Source of the DNA: Anaerolineaceae bacterium
Lineage (GTDB): Bacteria; Chloroflexota; Anaerolineae; Anaerolineales; Anaerolineaceae
DNA: 64,000 bases
Direction: 5' to 3'
Assembly: GCA_029975475.1 (NCBI GenBank)
Contig: JARKPB010000003.1
Coordinates: forward strand, 258,067 to 322,066
Shown here: positions 1-8,640 of the stretch, piece by piece
Numbering within the stretch: position 1 is the first letter of the stretch
Layout of the letters: the number at the start of each line of letters is the position of its first letter
The notes under the pieces: generated by a model
Databases searched by the model: none
Told to the model about the DNA's origin: nothing
What the model saw: only the letters and a program-made list of their open reading frames with translations
Made by a program: the position numbers and the translations under genes

Positions 1-1221
1 CACCGCCCTGACAACATCCGCAAAGTTCACCCGGGCGGCGCGGTGCTTCTCCTCAAGCGAGTTGTCCGGCGCTTCGAGAACGCTGCGGGCCAGGACGAAC
101 TGCCCCTGAAGCCGGGCCAGGATATCCCGCTGGGCGGCATCCCATTGAATCGTGGGGGCTTTGGAGATTTCTTCAAATGCTTCTTTTGCCAGGCGCAGCG
201 GACGGCGCAATTCCCGCCGCAAGGAGCGCATTAAGTCATCCCGGACGCGGGCGGAGAAGGCGGCGTCTTCAGCCAGGATTTGCAGCGAACGAGCGCGTTC
301 TTCAACCGCCCGAAAAAGGCGCGCATTGACCAGCGAGATGGAAGCGTAATCCGAGACCGCATCCAGGAGATGCTGCTCGCTGGGCGTGAAGGCGGCCGCG
401 GCCCTGCGCATCATCACCAGCAGGCCAATCACTTCTTTTTGCACCTTAACCGGCACAATTAACGCGGATTGTCCCAGGCTGGCAATCTTAAAACGCTTTA
501 ATGGTTCGCCGTGGATACTTAACGGCTCACCAGACATCGCCACCAGCGAACTGATGCCGTCATCCCAGGGCTGATGCGGACTGAGATTCATGGATGCGGG
601 TAAATTTTGACTGGCGGCCAGCAAATAAGAGTTGCCTTTTTCTTCCTTTAGCAAAAACCAGCCCAGATCTGCCTGGGTTACTTTGACCGCGCCTTCGACA
701 ATTTTTCCGAAAAGCTGGGCCTGGTCGGTGATCGAGGTGACCGCTTTGCCAACCGCGAAAATCGTGGTCAGCTCGCGCACGCGCGCCTGCAGCTCCTGGT
801 TCATTTGCTGGAGCTGGCGGGCAAGGCGTTCGCGCTCCCGGCGCTCATGCACGCCGCGCAGGGCGCGTTCGACCACGGTGATCACTTCCGCCTCGCGCAG
901 AGGCCAGGTCATGGTATCTACAGCGCCGAGCCGGAAGGCCTGGATCACATCCGATTCCATCCCCTTATGCGCCAGCACAATCACAGGCAGATCAACCCCC
1001 TGGGAGCTGAGCGCGACCAGCAAATCCTTGCCGCTCAAACCGGGCAGGTTCAGGTCCACAATCATCACATCTGGCGCAAGCTGAAGCGAGCGGGCGATGG
1101 CGCTGTTGACATCCGGCACGACAAAATATTGATAACCGGCTGCCTGTAAAGCCTGCTTCCCGATCAGATCGCTGATCACCGGATCATTTTCAACCAGCAA
1201 AACTCGGTCGCGCGAATCCAT
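1..1221 (-). CDS. Response-regulator receiver + GAF-like + HisKA-like segment protein (N-terminus complete; C-terminus runs off the left window edge)
   Basis: Hand translation of the minus strand from ATG 1221-1219 gives MDSRDRVLLVENDPVISDLIGKQALQAAGYQYFVVPDVNSAIARSLQLAPDVMIVDLNLPGLSGKDLLVALSSQGVDLPVIVLAHKG, a CheY-like receiver. The frame stays open for all 407 codons to position 1. It is missing from the ORF track because it has no stop codon in the window. Confidence 0.8.
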   Translation of the reverse strand, partial: MDSRDRVLLVENDPVISDLIGKQALQAAGYQYFVVPDVNSAIARSLQLAPDVMIVDLNLPGLSGKDLLVALSSQGVDLPVIVLAHKGMESDVIQAFRLGAVDTMTWPLREAEVITVVERALRGVHERRERERLARQLQQMNQELQARVRELTTIFAVGKAVTSITDQAQLFGKIVEGAVKVTQADLGWFLLKEEKGNSYLLAASQNLPASMNLSPHQPWDDGISSLVAMSGEPLSIHGEPLKRFKIASLGQSALIVPVKVQKEVIGLLVMMRRAAAAFTPSEQHLLDAVSDYASISLVNARLFRAVEERARSLQILAEDAAFSARVRDDLMRSLRRELRRPLRLAKEAFEEISKAPTIQWDAAQRDILARLQGQFVLARSVLEAPDNSLEEKHRAARVNFADVVRAV

Positions 1222-1345
1222 TGGCTTAATGATCCATCATAGCATAAACAAACCGGGCTGGAATTGAAATACCCCGGGCAAAAGAAATGCCCGTTGATAA
1301 CAACAACGCAATCGTAAACATTATATAAGAGTTCGGCGAAAACGC

Positions 1346-1375
1346 TTGACGTTAAAAGAAGCCCATGCGTAGAAT
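1346..1375 (+). promoter_or_regulatory. Sigma70-like promoter for the J-protein operon
   Basis: TTGACG (1346-1351), 18-nt spacer, TAGAAT (1370-1375). The ATG at 1383 lies 7 nt after the -10 element. Confidence 0.4.
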
Positions 1376-1382
1376 CATCAGC

Positions 1383-2273
1383 ATGGAATATAAGGATTAT
1401 TATAAAACCCTGGGTGTGGATAAGAATGCCAGCGCGGAAGAGATTAAAAAAGCCTTCCGCAAGCAGGCGCTTAAGTATCATCCCGACCGCAACCCCGGGA
1501 ATAAACAGGCTGAGGAAAAGTTTAAAGAGTTAAACGAAGCCTACGAAGTCCTCAGCGACGCGGAAAAACGCAGGCGCTACGACCAGCTGGGAGATTCATA
1601 CACTGCCTGGCAGCAGCGCGGGGGCAGCCCGGGGAACTTCAACTGGGACCAGTGGGGCAGCGCCCGTCAGGTGAGCGCGGAAGAACTGGATGAAATGTTC
1701 GGCGGTTTTTCCGATTTCTTCAGTTTTATCTTTGGCGGGATGCCCCAGCAAGGCCGAAGCCAGCGGGCAGCCCGCCCGCAGCGCCGGCCGGCCGCTTACG
1801 AGCATAAACTGACCATCAGCCTGATGGAAGCCTACCACGGCAGCGAAAGGCTGCTGGAAATTGACAACCGCCGCTATCAGGTGAAAATCCCCGCCGGCGC
1901 AAAGACCGGCACGAAAATTCGCCTGGCCGGGATCGGCCCCGGCGGCGGAAGCGATCTTTACCTGGTGGTCGAAGTGGCGTCTGACCCGCGCTTTGAACGC
2001 AGCGGCGACGACCTTACCACCGAGGCGAAAATCGATCTTTTGACGGCGGTGCTCGGCGGGGAAATTCCGGTCGAGACCCCTTCGGGAAAGGTCTTGCTCA
2101 CCATTCCGCCCGGAACGCAGCCCGGTCAAAAGTTCCGCCTGGCAGGGCGCGGCATGCCGCGCCTCAGAGCGCCCGACAGTCATGGAGATCTGTACGTCAT
2201 CGTCAAAGTGGAGATACCGAGAAAGCTCTCGCCGCAGCAGCGGGAATTATATGAAAAATTAAGCCGTCTTTAA
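1383..2273 (+). CDS. J-domain co-chaperone, CbpA-like (DnaJ without zinc finger)
   Basis: [39 protein letters not shown] contains the HPD motif. DnaJ C-terminal beta domains follow ([20 protein letters not shown]). No CxxCxGxG zinc-finger repeats are present. Start trimmed to the ATG at 1383. Confidence 0.85.
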   Translation: MEYKDYYKTLGVDKNASAEEIKKAFRKQALKYHPDRNPGNKQAEEKFKELNEAYEVLSDAEKRRRYDQLGDSYTAWQQRGGSPGNFNWDQWGSARQVSAEELDEMFGGFSDFFSFIFGGMPQQGRSQRAARPQRRPAAYEHKLTISLMEAYHGSERLLEIDNRRYQVKIPAGAKTGTKIRLAGIGPGGGSDLYLVVEVASDPRFERSGDDLTTEAKIDLLTAVLGGEIPVETPSGKVLLTIPPGTQPGQKFRLAGRGMPRLRAPDSHGDLYVIVKVEIPRKLSPQQRELYEKLSRL

Positions 2274-2324
2274 CCCTTAAGTCGTACACTGAATTAGGAA
2301 AATACTCTTTTTGAGGGTAAAAAT

Positions 2325-3488
2325 ATGAAGCGCATGCTTATGCTTTTCGCACTCGGGATCATGGTGCTGGCATTAATGGCCTGCACCATTTCTATCCCGG
2401 CCATTAAAGTTAACAGTCCGTCAGAAGTTACCAGCGCGACCCAGACGGCCGCTCCCCCGTCCGCGGTGGTCATAAACCCGGCTCCTGAAGTGCTGGCTTC
2501 GGAAGAAACCCTGGTGCAGCTTTACGCACTGGTCAATCCGGGGGTGGTATCGATCCGCACGCTGACCGCCACCGGCGGCGCGCAGGGTTCGGGATTTGTT
2601 TATGACAGCGAGGGCCACATCATCACCAACTACCATGTGGTCGAAGGAGCGGATCAGCTGGAAGTGGCTTTCTCCTCCGGGTTAAAAGTCCGCGGTAAAG
2701 TGATCGGCACCGATCTGGATTCCGATCTCGCCGTGATCAAAGTGGATGCCCCGGCCAGCGAACTTCACCCCCTGGCGCTGGGCGACTCTGACCAGGTCAA
2801 AGTTGGCCAGACGGTGGTCGCGATTGGCAACCCGTTTGGCCTGAGCGGCACGATGACGGTTGGGATTGTCTCTGCCAAGGGACGCACACTGGATTCCATG
2901 CGGGATTCGGGGAACGGACGTCCGTTCTCAGCCGGCGACATCATTCAAACGGACGCTGCCATCAATCCCGGCAACTCCGGCGGACCGTTGATCAATTTGC
3001 GCGGCGAAGTCATCGCCATTAACCGGGCGATTCGCACCAACAATTCAACCCTGGGCGGAGAACCGAGCAATTCCGGGGTCGGTTTCAGCATCTCAATTAA
3101 TATTGCCAAGCGGGTGGTCCCGGCCTTGATCAAAGACGGTAAATACGATTACCCCTATCTGGGAATCAGCAGTATGGACGATATCACCCTGATGGCTGCC
3201 GAAGCCCTGGGCTTGCCGCAAACAAGCGGCGCATACGTGACCCAGGTGGTCAAGGACGGCCCGGCTGATAAAGCTGGCATCCGCGCCGGGACGATCCCTA
3301 CCGATATCAGCGGTTTGAACAAAGGCGGCGATCTGATCATCGCGATTGACGGCCGGCCGATTCGCAACTTCGGGGAACTGCTGTCGTACCTGATCACACA
3401 AAAGGGCCCCGGCGATCAGGTGGTTTTGACGGTTTTACGCGATAATAAACAACAGGAGGTGACGGTAACACTTGGAAAGCGCCCCTGA
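2325..3488 (+). CDS. HtrA/DegP-family serine protease with C-terminal PDZ domain, probable lipoprotein
   Basis: Trypsin-like catalytic motifs HVVEGA, DSDLAVIKV and GNSGGPLINLRGEVIAIN. PDZ-like tail (GAYVTQVVKDGPADKAGIRAGT). N-terminal signal peptide with an LMAC lipobox-like site. Confidence 0.9.
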   Translation: MKRMLMLFALGIMVLALMACTISIPAIKVNSPSEVTSATQTAAPPSAVVINPAPEVLASEETLVQLYALVNPGVVSIRTLTATGGAQGSGFVYDSEGHIITNYHVVEGADQLEVAFSSGLKVRGKVIGTDLDSDLAVIKVDAPASELHPLALGDSDQVKVGQTVVAIGNPFGLSGTMTVGIVSAKGRTLDSMRDSGNGRPFSAGDIIQTDAAINPGNSGGPLINLRGEVIAINRAIRTNNSTLGGEPSNSGVGFSISINIAKRVVPALIKDGKYDYPYLGISSMDDITLMAAEALGLPQTSGAYVTQVVKDGPADKAGIRAGTIPTDISGLNKGGDLIIAIDGRPIRNFGELLSYLITQKGPGDQVVLTVLRDNKQQEVTVTLGKRP

Positions 3489-3528
3489 CAAGGGCAGAAC
3501 ATTCACAAAAAACCGCCTAGGAGGAGTT

Positions 3529-4629
3529 ATGCTTACGGAAAGCCACCTGCGGGAAATGCTCGCATTTTCCGCATCTGAACCGGTATTAAGCGTGTACCTC
3601 AACACCGAGCCAGGCAGCGGCAGCGCGGAGTCCCACCGGCTGCGGCTGCGCGCCCTGCTAAAGAATATCAATCTTCCGCAGGACACGGCGGCTGTGGAGC
3701 GGTATATGGATCATGAGTACGCCTGGACGGGCAGGGGTGTCGCCATTTTCTCCTGCGCTCCGCTGGGCTACCTAAAAGTTTTTCCGCTGGCGCTTCCGGT
3801 GCGCGACCTGGTCCTGGTCAGCGACCGCCCGGCGGTAAAACCTCTGGCGGGCCTGTTTGAGAATTACAGCGGCTACGGTGTGGTTTTGATCGATAAACAA
3901 GGCGCGCGGTTGTTTTCATTCAATTTGGGGGAATTGAGCGAACAGGAAGGTTTCCTGGGAGAAGAAGTCAAACATACCAAGCTTGGCGGCGCTTCCAGTT
4001 TTCCGGGGCGACGCGGCGGAATCGCCGGGCGCACCCGCTACGCGGATGAACTGGTCGAAAGGAATATGAAGGAAGCGGCCGCTTTCGCTGCGCGGTTCTT
4101 TGAGAATCAGCATATTCGCCGCATACTGATTGGCGGCAGCGAAGACAATGTTTCCCAGTTCCGCAGCTATCTGCCAAAAGCCTGGCAGAGTCTGATTGTG
4201 GGCACGTTTCGGATGGGCATGACCGCCAGCCACGCGGAAGTGCTGGCCGAAGCGCTTCGCCTGGGCGGAGAAGCTGAGCGCCAGCGCGAAAACCACCTGG
4301 TTGAAGAGACAATTACGGCCGCCAAAAAAGAAGCCGGAGCGGTTATTGGATTGCCGGCCAGCCTGGAGGCGGTCAATGAAAAACGCGTGCAGCTGCTGCT
4401 GGTCAGCGATGGATATCACCAGGCCGGCTACCAGTGCACTGCCTGCGGACGGTTAACGGTGTACGCGGAACGGGAATGCAGCGCCTGTCAGGGCAAGATG
4501 GCGGCCATTGAGGATGTGATTGAAGCCGCGGTGAACAGCGTCCTGCGTTCAGGGGGCGAAGTGGAAGTCGTCCACCAGAACGATGCGCTGGATGATATCG
4601 GCCGTATGGCTGCCCGGCTGCGATATTGA
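3529..4629 (+). CDS. Bacterial eRF1-like (baeRF / Vms1-like release factor superfamily) protein with C-terminal CxxC...CxxC zinc ribbon
   Basis: The central segment VKHTKLGGASSFPGRRGGIAGRTRYADELVERNMKEAA resembles, by eye and from memory of the eRF1 sequence, its GGQ-loop region (KKHGRGGQSALRFARLR...RKVAE). CTACGRLTVYAERECSACQG forms the zinc ribbon. GGAGGA RBS lies 2 nt before the ATG at 3529. Confidence 0.6.
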   Translation: MLTESHLREMLAFSASEPVLSVYLNTEPGSGSAESHRLRLRALLKNINLPQDTAAVERYMDHEYAWTGRGVAIFSCAPLGYLKVFPLALPVRDLVLVSDRPAVKPLAGLFENYSGYGVVLIDKQGARLFSFNLGELSEQEGFLGEEVKHTKLGGASSFPGRRGGIAGRTRYADELVERNMKEAAAFAARFFENQHIRRILIGGSEDNVSQFRSYLPKAWQSLIVGTFRMGMTASHAEVLAEALRLGGEAERQRENHLVEETITAAKKEAGAVIGLPASLEAVNEKRVQLLLVSDGYHQAGYQCTACGRLTVYAERECSACQGKMAAIEDVIEAAVNSVLRSGGEVEVVHQNDALDDIGRMAARLRY

Positions 4630-4647
4630 AGCGATCTAACCCGACAA

Positions 4648-4689
4648 AAACTCTCCCTGCATATCGGCGCAGGGAGAGTTTATTTTTAT
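4648..4689. terminator. Bidirectional intrinsic terminator between convergent genes
   Basis: 13-bp stem AAACTCTCCCTGC / GCAGGGAGAGTTT with an 8-nt loop. T-runs follow on both strands. Confidence 0.7.
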
Positions 4690-4702
4690 ATTTCGCCAAC
4701 CA

Positions 4703-5425
4703 TCAGCGCAGGCTGTCGCTGATCATGGCCAAATTCTCGTTCAATTTGCGCAGCTCTTCCAGCGCTTTTTCAGTGTCGTTGCCCAGGAAGGAGCGCACGC
4801 GCAGGAGACGCTGGCCCAGCCCTTTGGCGAGCTCATCAGAGGGTAATAACGGCTCAAGAAGTTTGAGATCCTTGTCCGCCAGCGCCAGCGCCAGGCGCGC
4901 GGTTGGTTCGTCATCCGTCACCAGCCCAAACCGCGCGAAAGTAACATCCATCTGCAATTTAAAGAGCTGAATGGTCAAATTAGCCTGGTCCAGCTTGGCT
5001 GTGGCAGCCCGATACTCAGCCTGCAGCCGGGTAAATTCCGCTTTCGCCGTCTCCAGCTCAGAGCGGGTGGCGGACAAATCCCCCTGACTGGTCTCCAGTC
5101 TGGCCTGGGTTTCGTTTAACTGAGCGCTCAACTCTCTGGCTTTCAGATCAGCGGGGGCAGCAGCCAGGAAATAAACCAGCGCCGCCCCGGCCAGCAAACC
5201 GGTCAGAAACAACGCCGTCCATTGAACCCAGACAATCTTATAGAAAGGCGTTGGGCTGGGTTTTGCCGGCGCGGGCTGGTATTCGGGCAGTTTTACCGGA
5301 GCGGGTTCCGGCTGCGCTTCCAGCGGGGGGTGAACTTCGGCCGCCGATGCGGAGCTCTCCCCTTCTGGCGAGGGAACAGGAACAGCCGCTCCCACTGAAG
5401 TTGTATCATCTGTCTTTTTTGCCAT
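4703..5425 (-). CDS. Membrane-anchored coiled-coil protein, function unknown
   Basis: Start taken at MAKKTDDTT (ATG 5425-5423). Pro/Ala-rich N-terminus, one TM helix (WTALFLTGLLAGAALVYFLAAA), then heptad-like repeats (LNETQARLETSQGDLSATRSELETAKAEFTRLQAEY). The longer ORF-track version overlaps murJ. Confidence 0.6.
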   Translation of the reverse strand: MAKKTDDTTSVGAAVPVPSPEGESSASAAEVHPPLEAQPEPAPVKLPEYQPAPAKPSPTPFYKIVWVQWTALFLTGLLAGAALVYFLAAAPADLKARELSAQLNETQARLETSQGDLSATRSELETAKAEFTRLQAEYRAATAKLDQANLTIQLFKLQMDVTFARFGLVTDDEPTARLALALADKDLKLLEPLLPSDELAKGLGQRLLRVRSFLGNDTEKALEELRKLNENLAMISDSLR

Positions 5426-5519
5426 GAGCACCATCCTTTTGCAATTTAACGATATTCCGTTTAGAACCAGTATATCCGGTCCAACGGCTTCCCGCAACGG
5501 GAATGTTATAATCACCCTG

Positions 5520-7133
5520 ATGTCTTCCGTTGAATCCGGGAATAGTGTAAGCGCCAACCGCCAGATCGCCCGCGCCGCCGGCACGGTCATGCTGGCGTTT
5601 ATCCTCAGCAACCTGGTGGGCCTGGTGCGCGGCATATTGATCTACCGCGCCTTTGGCACCAGCGCTGAACTGGATTCTTTCAACGCCGCCAACCGGGTCA
5701 CCGAAGTCCTGTTCAATCTGATCGCCGGCGGCGCGCTGGGCTCGGCGTTTATCCCGACCTTTACCGGCTTTCTCACCCGCGGCGATAAACCCGGCGCCTG
5801 GAAACTGGCTGCCAGTATTGCCAATATCCTGATCGTGGTGCTGACCGGAATCTCCGCTCTGGCGGCCCTTTTCGCCCCACAGGTCGTGCGCTACGGATTA
5901 TTTCTTCTTAATCCCGGCGGCAGCCCGGGGCAGGAAGCGTTAACCGTCGACCTGCTGCGTATTCTCCTGCCCAGCGTGGTCATCTTCGGCCTGAGCGGCC
6001 TGGTGATGGGCATCCTCAACGCGCATCAAAAATTTCTCATCCCAGCCCTCGCGCCGGTGATGTATTCGCTCGGTATGATCATCGGGGTCCTGTTTTTTCC
6101 GCCAGCCTGGGGAATCTTTCGTCTGGCCTGGGGCGCGCTGGCCGGTTCAGGGCTGCATTTACTGGTGCAGCTGCCCTCCCTCTTCCGCCTCAAGGTTCAG
6201 TACTGGCGGGGTTTCAACTGGGGCAATCCGGCGGTGCGCGAGGTGGCGCGCCTGTTCCTCCCGCGGGTTTTTGGTGTGGCGGTGGTCCAGCTCAACTTTA
6301 TCGTCAATACCATTCTCGCCCTCAACCAGCCTGAAGGGAGCGTCTCTTCGATCAGCCTGGCGTTCAGCCTGATGCTGATGCCGCAGATGGCGATTGCCCA
6401 GTCGATCGCCATCGCTTCCCTACCCGCTTTTTCCGCTCAGGTGGCATCGGGCAGGTTCGCTGAGATGCGGGCTTCGCTGGCCGCGACCCTGCGCGGAGTC
6501 CTGCTGCTCGCCGTACCGGCTGCGGCCGGGCTGATTCTGCTGCGCCAGCCGCTCATCCGGCTGTTATACGAAGACGGGGCGGTCTTTACCAGCCGCTCAA
6601 CCGAGATGGTCGCCTGGGCTTTGCTATGGTATGCGCTCGGGCTGGTCGGCCACAGCGTGGTAGAAATCATCAGCCGGGCATTTTACGCCCTGCACGACAC
6701 CCGCACCCCCGTGCTGGTCGGGGCGGCTGCTATGAGTCTGAATGTCCTCTTCAGTCTGCTGTTCTCGCGCCTTTTCCTGCAAGCCGGGTGGATGCCGCAC
6801 GGCGGTCTGGCGCTGGCCAATGCCCTGGCCACCACCCTGGAAATGGCCGCGCTCCTCATCTTGATGCGCCGCCGGTTAGATGGACTGGATGGAAAACAGG
6901 TACTGGATGCGTTCTGGAAAGCGCTGCTGGCCGCGCTGCTGATGTCCGCCGGTCTGGCTGCCTGGCTGCGCTGGCTGCCGGCTTCATCCACGGCTGTGGT
7001 GGCGCTTGGCGGCGTAGTGCTCGGGACATTTATCTACGGCGGAATGGCAGCAGCCCTGCGCGTTACTGAATTCAACCGGCTGCTGAACGCCCTGCGCCGT
7101 CTGGCCGGCAAACGCCTGTTATCGGGGAATTGA
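5520..7133 (+). CDS. murJ: Lipid II flippase MurJ/MviN
   Basis: ANRQIARAAGTVMLAFILSNLVGLVRGILIYRAFGTSAELDSFNAANRVTEVLFNLIAGGALGSAFIPTF is a typical MurJ N-terminus. About 14 TM segments. Start trimmed to the ATG at 5520, 7 nt after TATAAT. Confidence 0.88.
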   Translation: MSSVESGNSVSANRQIARAAGTVMLAFILSNLVGLVRGILIYRAFGTSAELDSFNAANRVTEVLFNLIAGGALGSAFIPTFTGFLTRGDKPGAWKLAASIANILIVVLTGISALAALFAPQVVRYGLFLLNPGGSPGQEALTVDLLRILLPSVVIFGLSGLVMGILNAHQKFLIPALAPVMYSLGMIIGVLFFPPAWGIFRLAWGALAGSGLHLLVQLPSLFRLKVQYWRGFNWGNPAVREVARLFLPRVFGVAVVQLNFIVNTILALNQPEGSVSSISLAFSLMLMPQMAIAQSIAIASLPAFSAQVASGRFAEMRASLAATLRGVLLLAVPAAAGLILLRQPLIRLLYEDGAVFTSRSTEMVAWALLWYALGLVGHSVVEIISRAFYALHDTRTPVLVGAAAMSLNVLFSLLFSRLFLQAGWMPHGGLALANALATTLEMAALLILMRRRLDGLDGKQVLDAFWKALLAALLMSAGLAAWLRWLPASSTAVVALGGVVLGTFIYGGMAAALRVTEFNRLLNALRRLAGKRLLSGN

Positions 7134-7137
7134 GAGG

Positions 7138-7776
7138 ATGCAGATTCGCCCTGCCCGGCCTTCGGATGCTGAAGCGGCTGCGCCGTTGATCGCCCTGAGC
7201 ATGGGCGGCTTTGGGGAAGCAGTGCTGGGGCTGAATGATCCCGCGCGGCAGCTGCGCGCGCTACGCTGGTTCTTCGCGCAAACTGGCAGCCGCTTTAGCC
7301 ACGACTGCAGCGCGGTCGCCGAGCAGAACGGCCAAATTGTCGGCATTCTGGTGGCGTATCCAGCCGCGGAAAGCGAAGCGCGCAACAACCGCCTGGCGCG
7401 CCAGATGCGCGGTGTTTACTCCCTCCTGGAGATCCTCCAAATTGTCTGGCTGTCTCTGCCCGCGCTCCGGCTGCCGGAGGTCTTTCCGGGAGAGTTTTAC
7501 ACCGCCAACCTGGCGGTTGACCCCGCCTGGCAGGGGCACGGGATCGGCAGCGCTCTTTTGAAGCATGCCGAGCGGCTGGCGGTGAAATTCGGCCTGGAAA
7601 CCTGCTCCTTGAATGTCGATTCCCAAAATCCGCGCGCCAGAGCGCTGTATGAACGCCAGGGATACCGGCTCGCCCAATCTTTCTTTACCCCTCATCTTCA
7701 AGCGCGTTATCACAGCAGCGGGTTTGATCACCTGGTAAAACCAATCTTTGACAGGAGACCCAAAACCGATGAATGA
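7138..7776 (+). CDS. GNAT-family N-acetyltransferase
   Basis: Acetyl-CoA-binding motif region LAVDPAWQGHGIGSALLKHAERLA. Size and layout are typical of GNAT. Confidence 0.8.
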   Translation: MQIRPARPSDAEAAAPLIALSMGGFGEAVLGLNDPARQLRALRWFFAQTGSRFSHDCSAVAEQNGQIVGILVAYPAAESEARNNRLARQMRGVYSLLEILQIVWLSLPALRLPEVFPGEFYTANLAVDPAWQGHGIGSALLKHAERLAVKFGLETCSLNVDSQNPRARALYERQGYRLAQSFFTPHLQARYHSSGFDHLVKPIFDRRPKTDE

Positions 7777-8515
7777 TGATATTGGACCGCGTTTTATGCG
7801 CGAGACCGCCAGCCGCCATACTCCCTCGGCCCAGGAACAGGGCCTGCCGCAGCCGCCGCTGGAACTGGAGTATCCGGTTACTGCTGCCCTGATTCCCCTG
7901 CCCGCGCCCGGGACAATCCGGACCCCCGCGCTGGATGTGCGCGAAGCGATTGAAAGGCGCATGACCCTGCGGCGGTACCAGGACGCGCCAATCCGGCTTG
8001 AGGAACTGGCATTTCTGCTCTGGGCCACGCAAGGGGTCAAACGGGTGACTGACCGCCCGGCCACGCTGCGCACTGTGCCCTCGGCGGGAGCGCGCCACGC
8101 CTTTGAAACCTACCTGCTTATCAACAGGGTTGAAAGCCTGACACCGGGCCTGTACCGGTATATCGCGCTGGAACACGCCCTGCTGCAAGTGCAGACATCG
8201 CCCGGGCTGGATGATGCGATCACCGCGGACTGTTACGACCAGCAAATGGTCAAACACTGCGCCGTTTTCTTCATCTGGGCCGCGGTGGCTGAACGCATGA
8301 CCTGGCGCTACGGGCAGCGCGGCTACCGCTACCTGCATCTGGATGCCGGGCATGTTTGCCAGAATCTGTACCTGGCGGCTGAAGCGCTGGATTGCGGAGT
8401 CTGCGCGGTGGCAGCGTTTAACGACGCGGCCTTGAATCACACCCTGGGCTTTGATGGTGAAAAGATTTTTACGATATACTGCGCTTCGCTGGGTAAAAAA
8501 ATCCCTTCCGCCTGA
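7769..8515 (+). CDS. SagB/ThcOx-type nitroreductase-fold dehydrogenase (stand-alone)
   Basis: REAIERRMTLRRYQDAPIRLEELAFLLWATQGVKRV...LRTVPSAGARHAFETYLLINRVESLTPGLYRY...GYRYLHLDAGHVCQNLYLAAEAL matches the SagB-type nitroreductase pattern. Overlaps the GNAT stop by 8 nt. Confidence 0.7.
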   Translation: MNDDIGPRFMRETASRHTPSAQEQGLPQPPLELEYPVTAALIPLPAPGTIRTPALDVREAIERRMTLRRYQDAPIRLEELAFLLWATQGVKRVTDRPATLRTVPSAGARHAFETYLLINRVESLTPGLYRYIALEHALLQVQTSPGLDDAITADCYDQQMVKHCAVFFIWAAVAERMTWRYGQRGYRYLHLDAGHVCQNLYLAAEALDCGVCAVAAFNDAALNHTLGFDGEKIFTIYCASLGKKIPSA

Positions 8516-8640
8516 CGCTCAACCAGGTCTATTTTAAGAACCCTTAAATAATCAGCCCGCCGGCGAAACTTTAACTTTCGCGCAGCGGGCTGATGCTATA
8601 ATGAGGTCATCCAAGCGGCAGCATCTTAACGGCAGTTCTG

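Noticed and set aside
4703-5635. N-terminal extensions in the ORF track: 4703-5635, 5424-7133, 41903-45637, 45706-47655, 54837-55583, 57654-59042, 59879-60946, 61862-63229, 38910-41708 and 3472-4629.
   Set aside because: The extended parts overlap neighbouring genes, terminators or riboswitch elements, and translate to non-homologous Arg-rich sequence. In each case an internal ATG with a plausible RBS or promoter geometry starts the recognisable protein. Trimmed starts are reported instead.
8516-8640. A long imperfect hairpin (ATCAGCCCGC...GCGGGCTGAT with an inner GCGAAA/TTTCGC stem) upstream of dnaE.
   Set aside because: It lacks a U-tract and abuts a TATAAT. It may be a weak terminator for the SagB-like gene or simply a structured spacer. 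The evidence is insufficient to assign a function.
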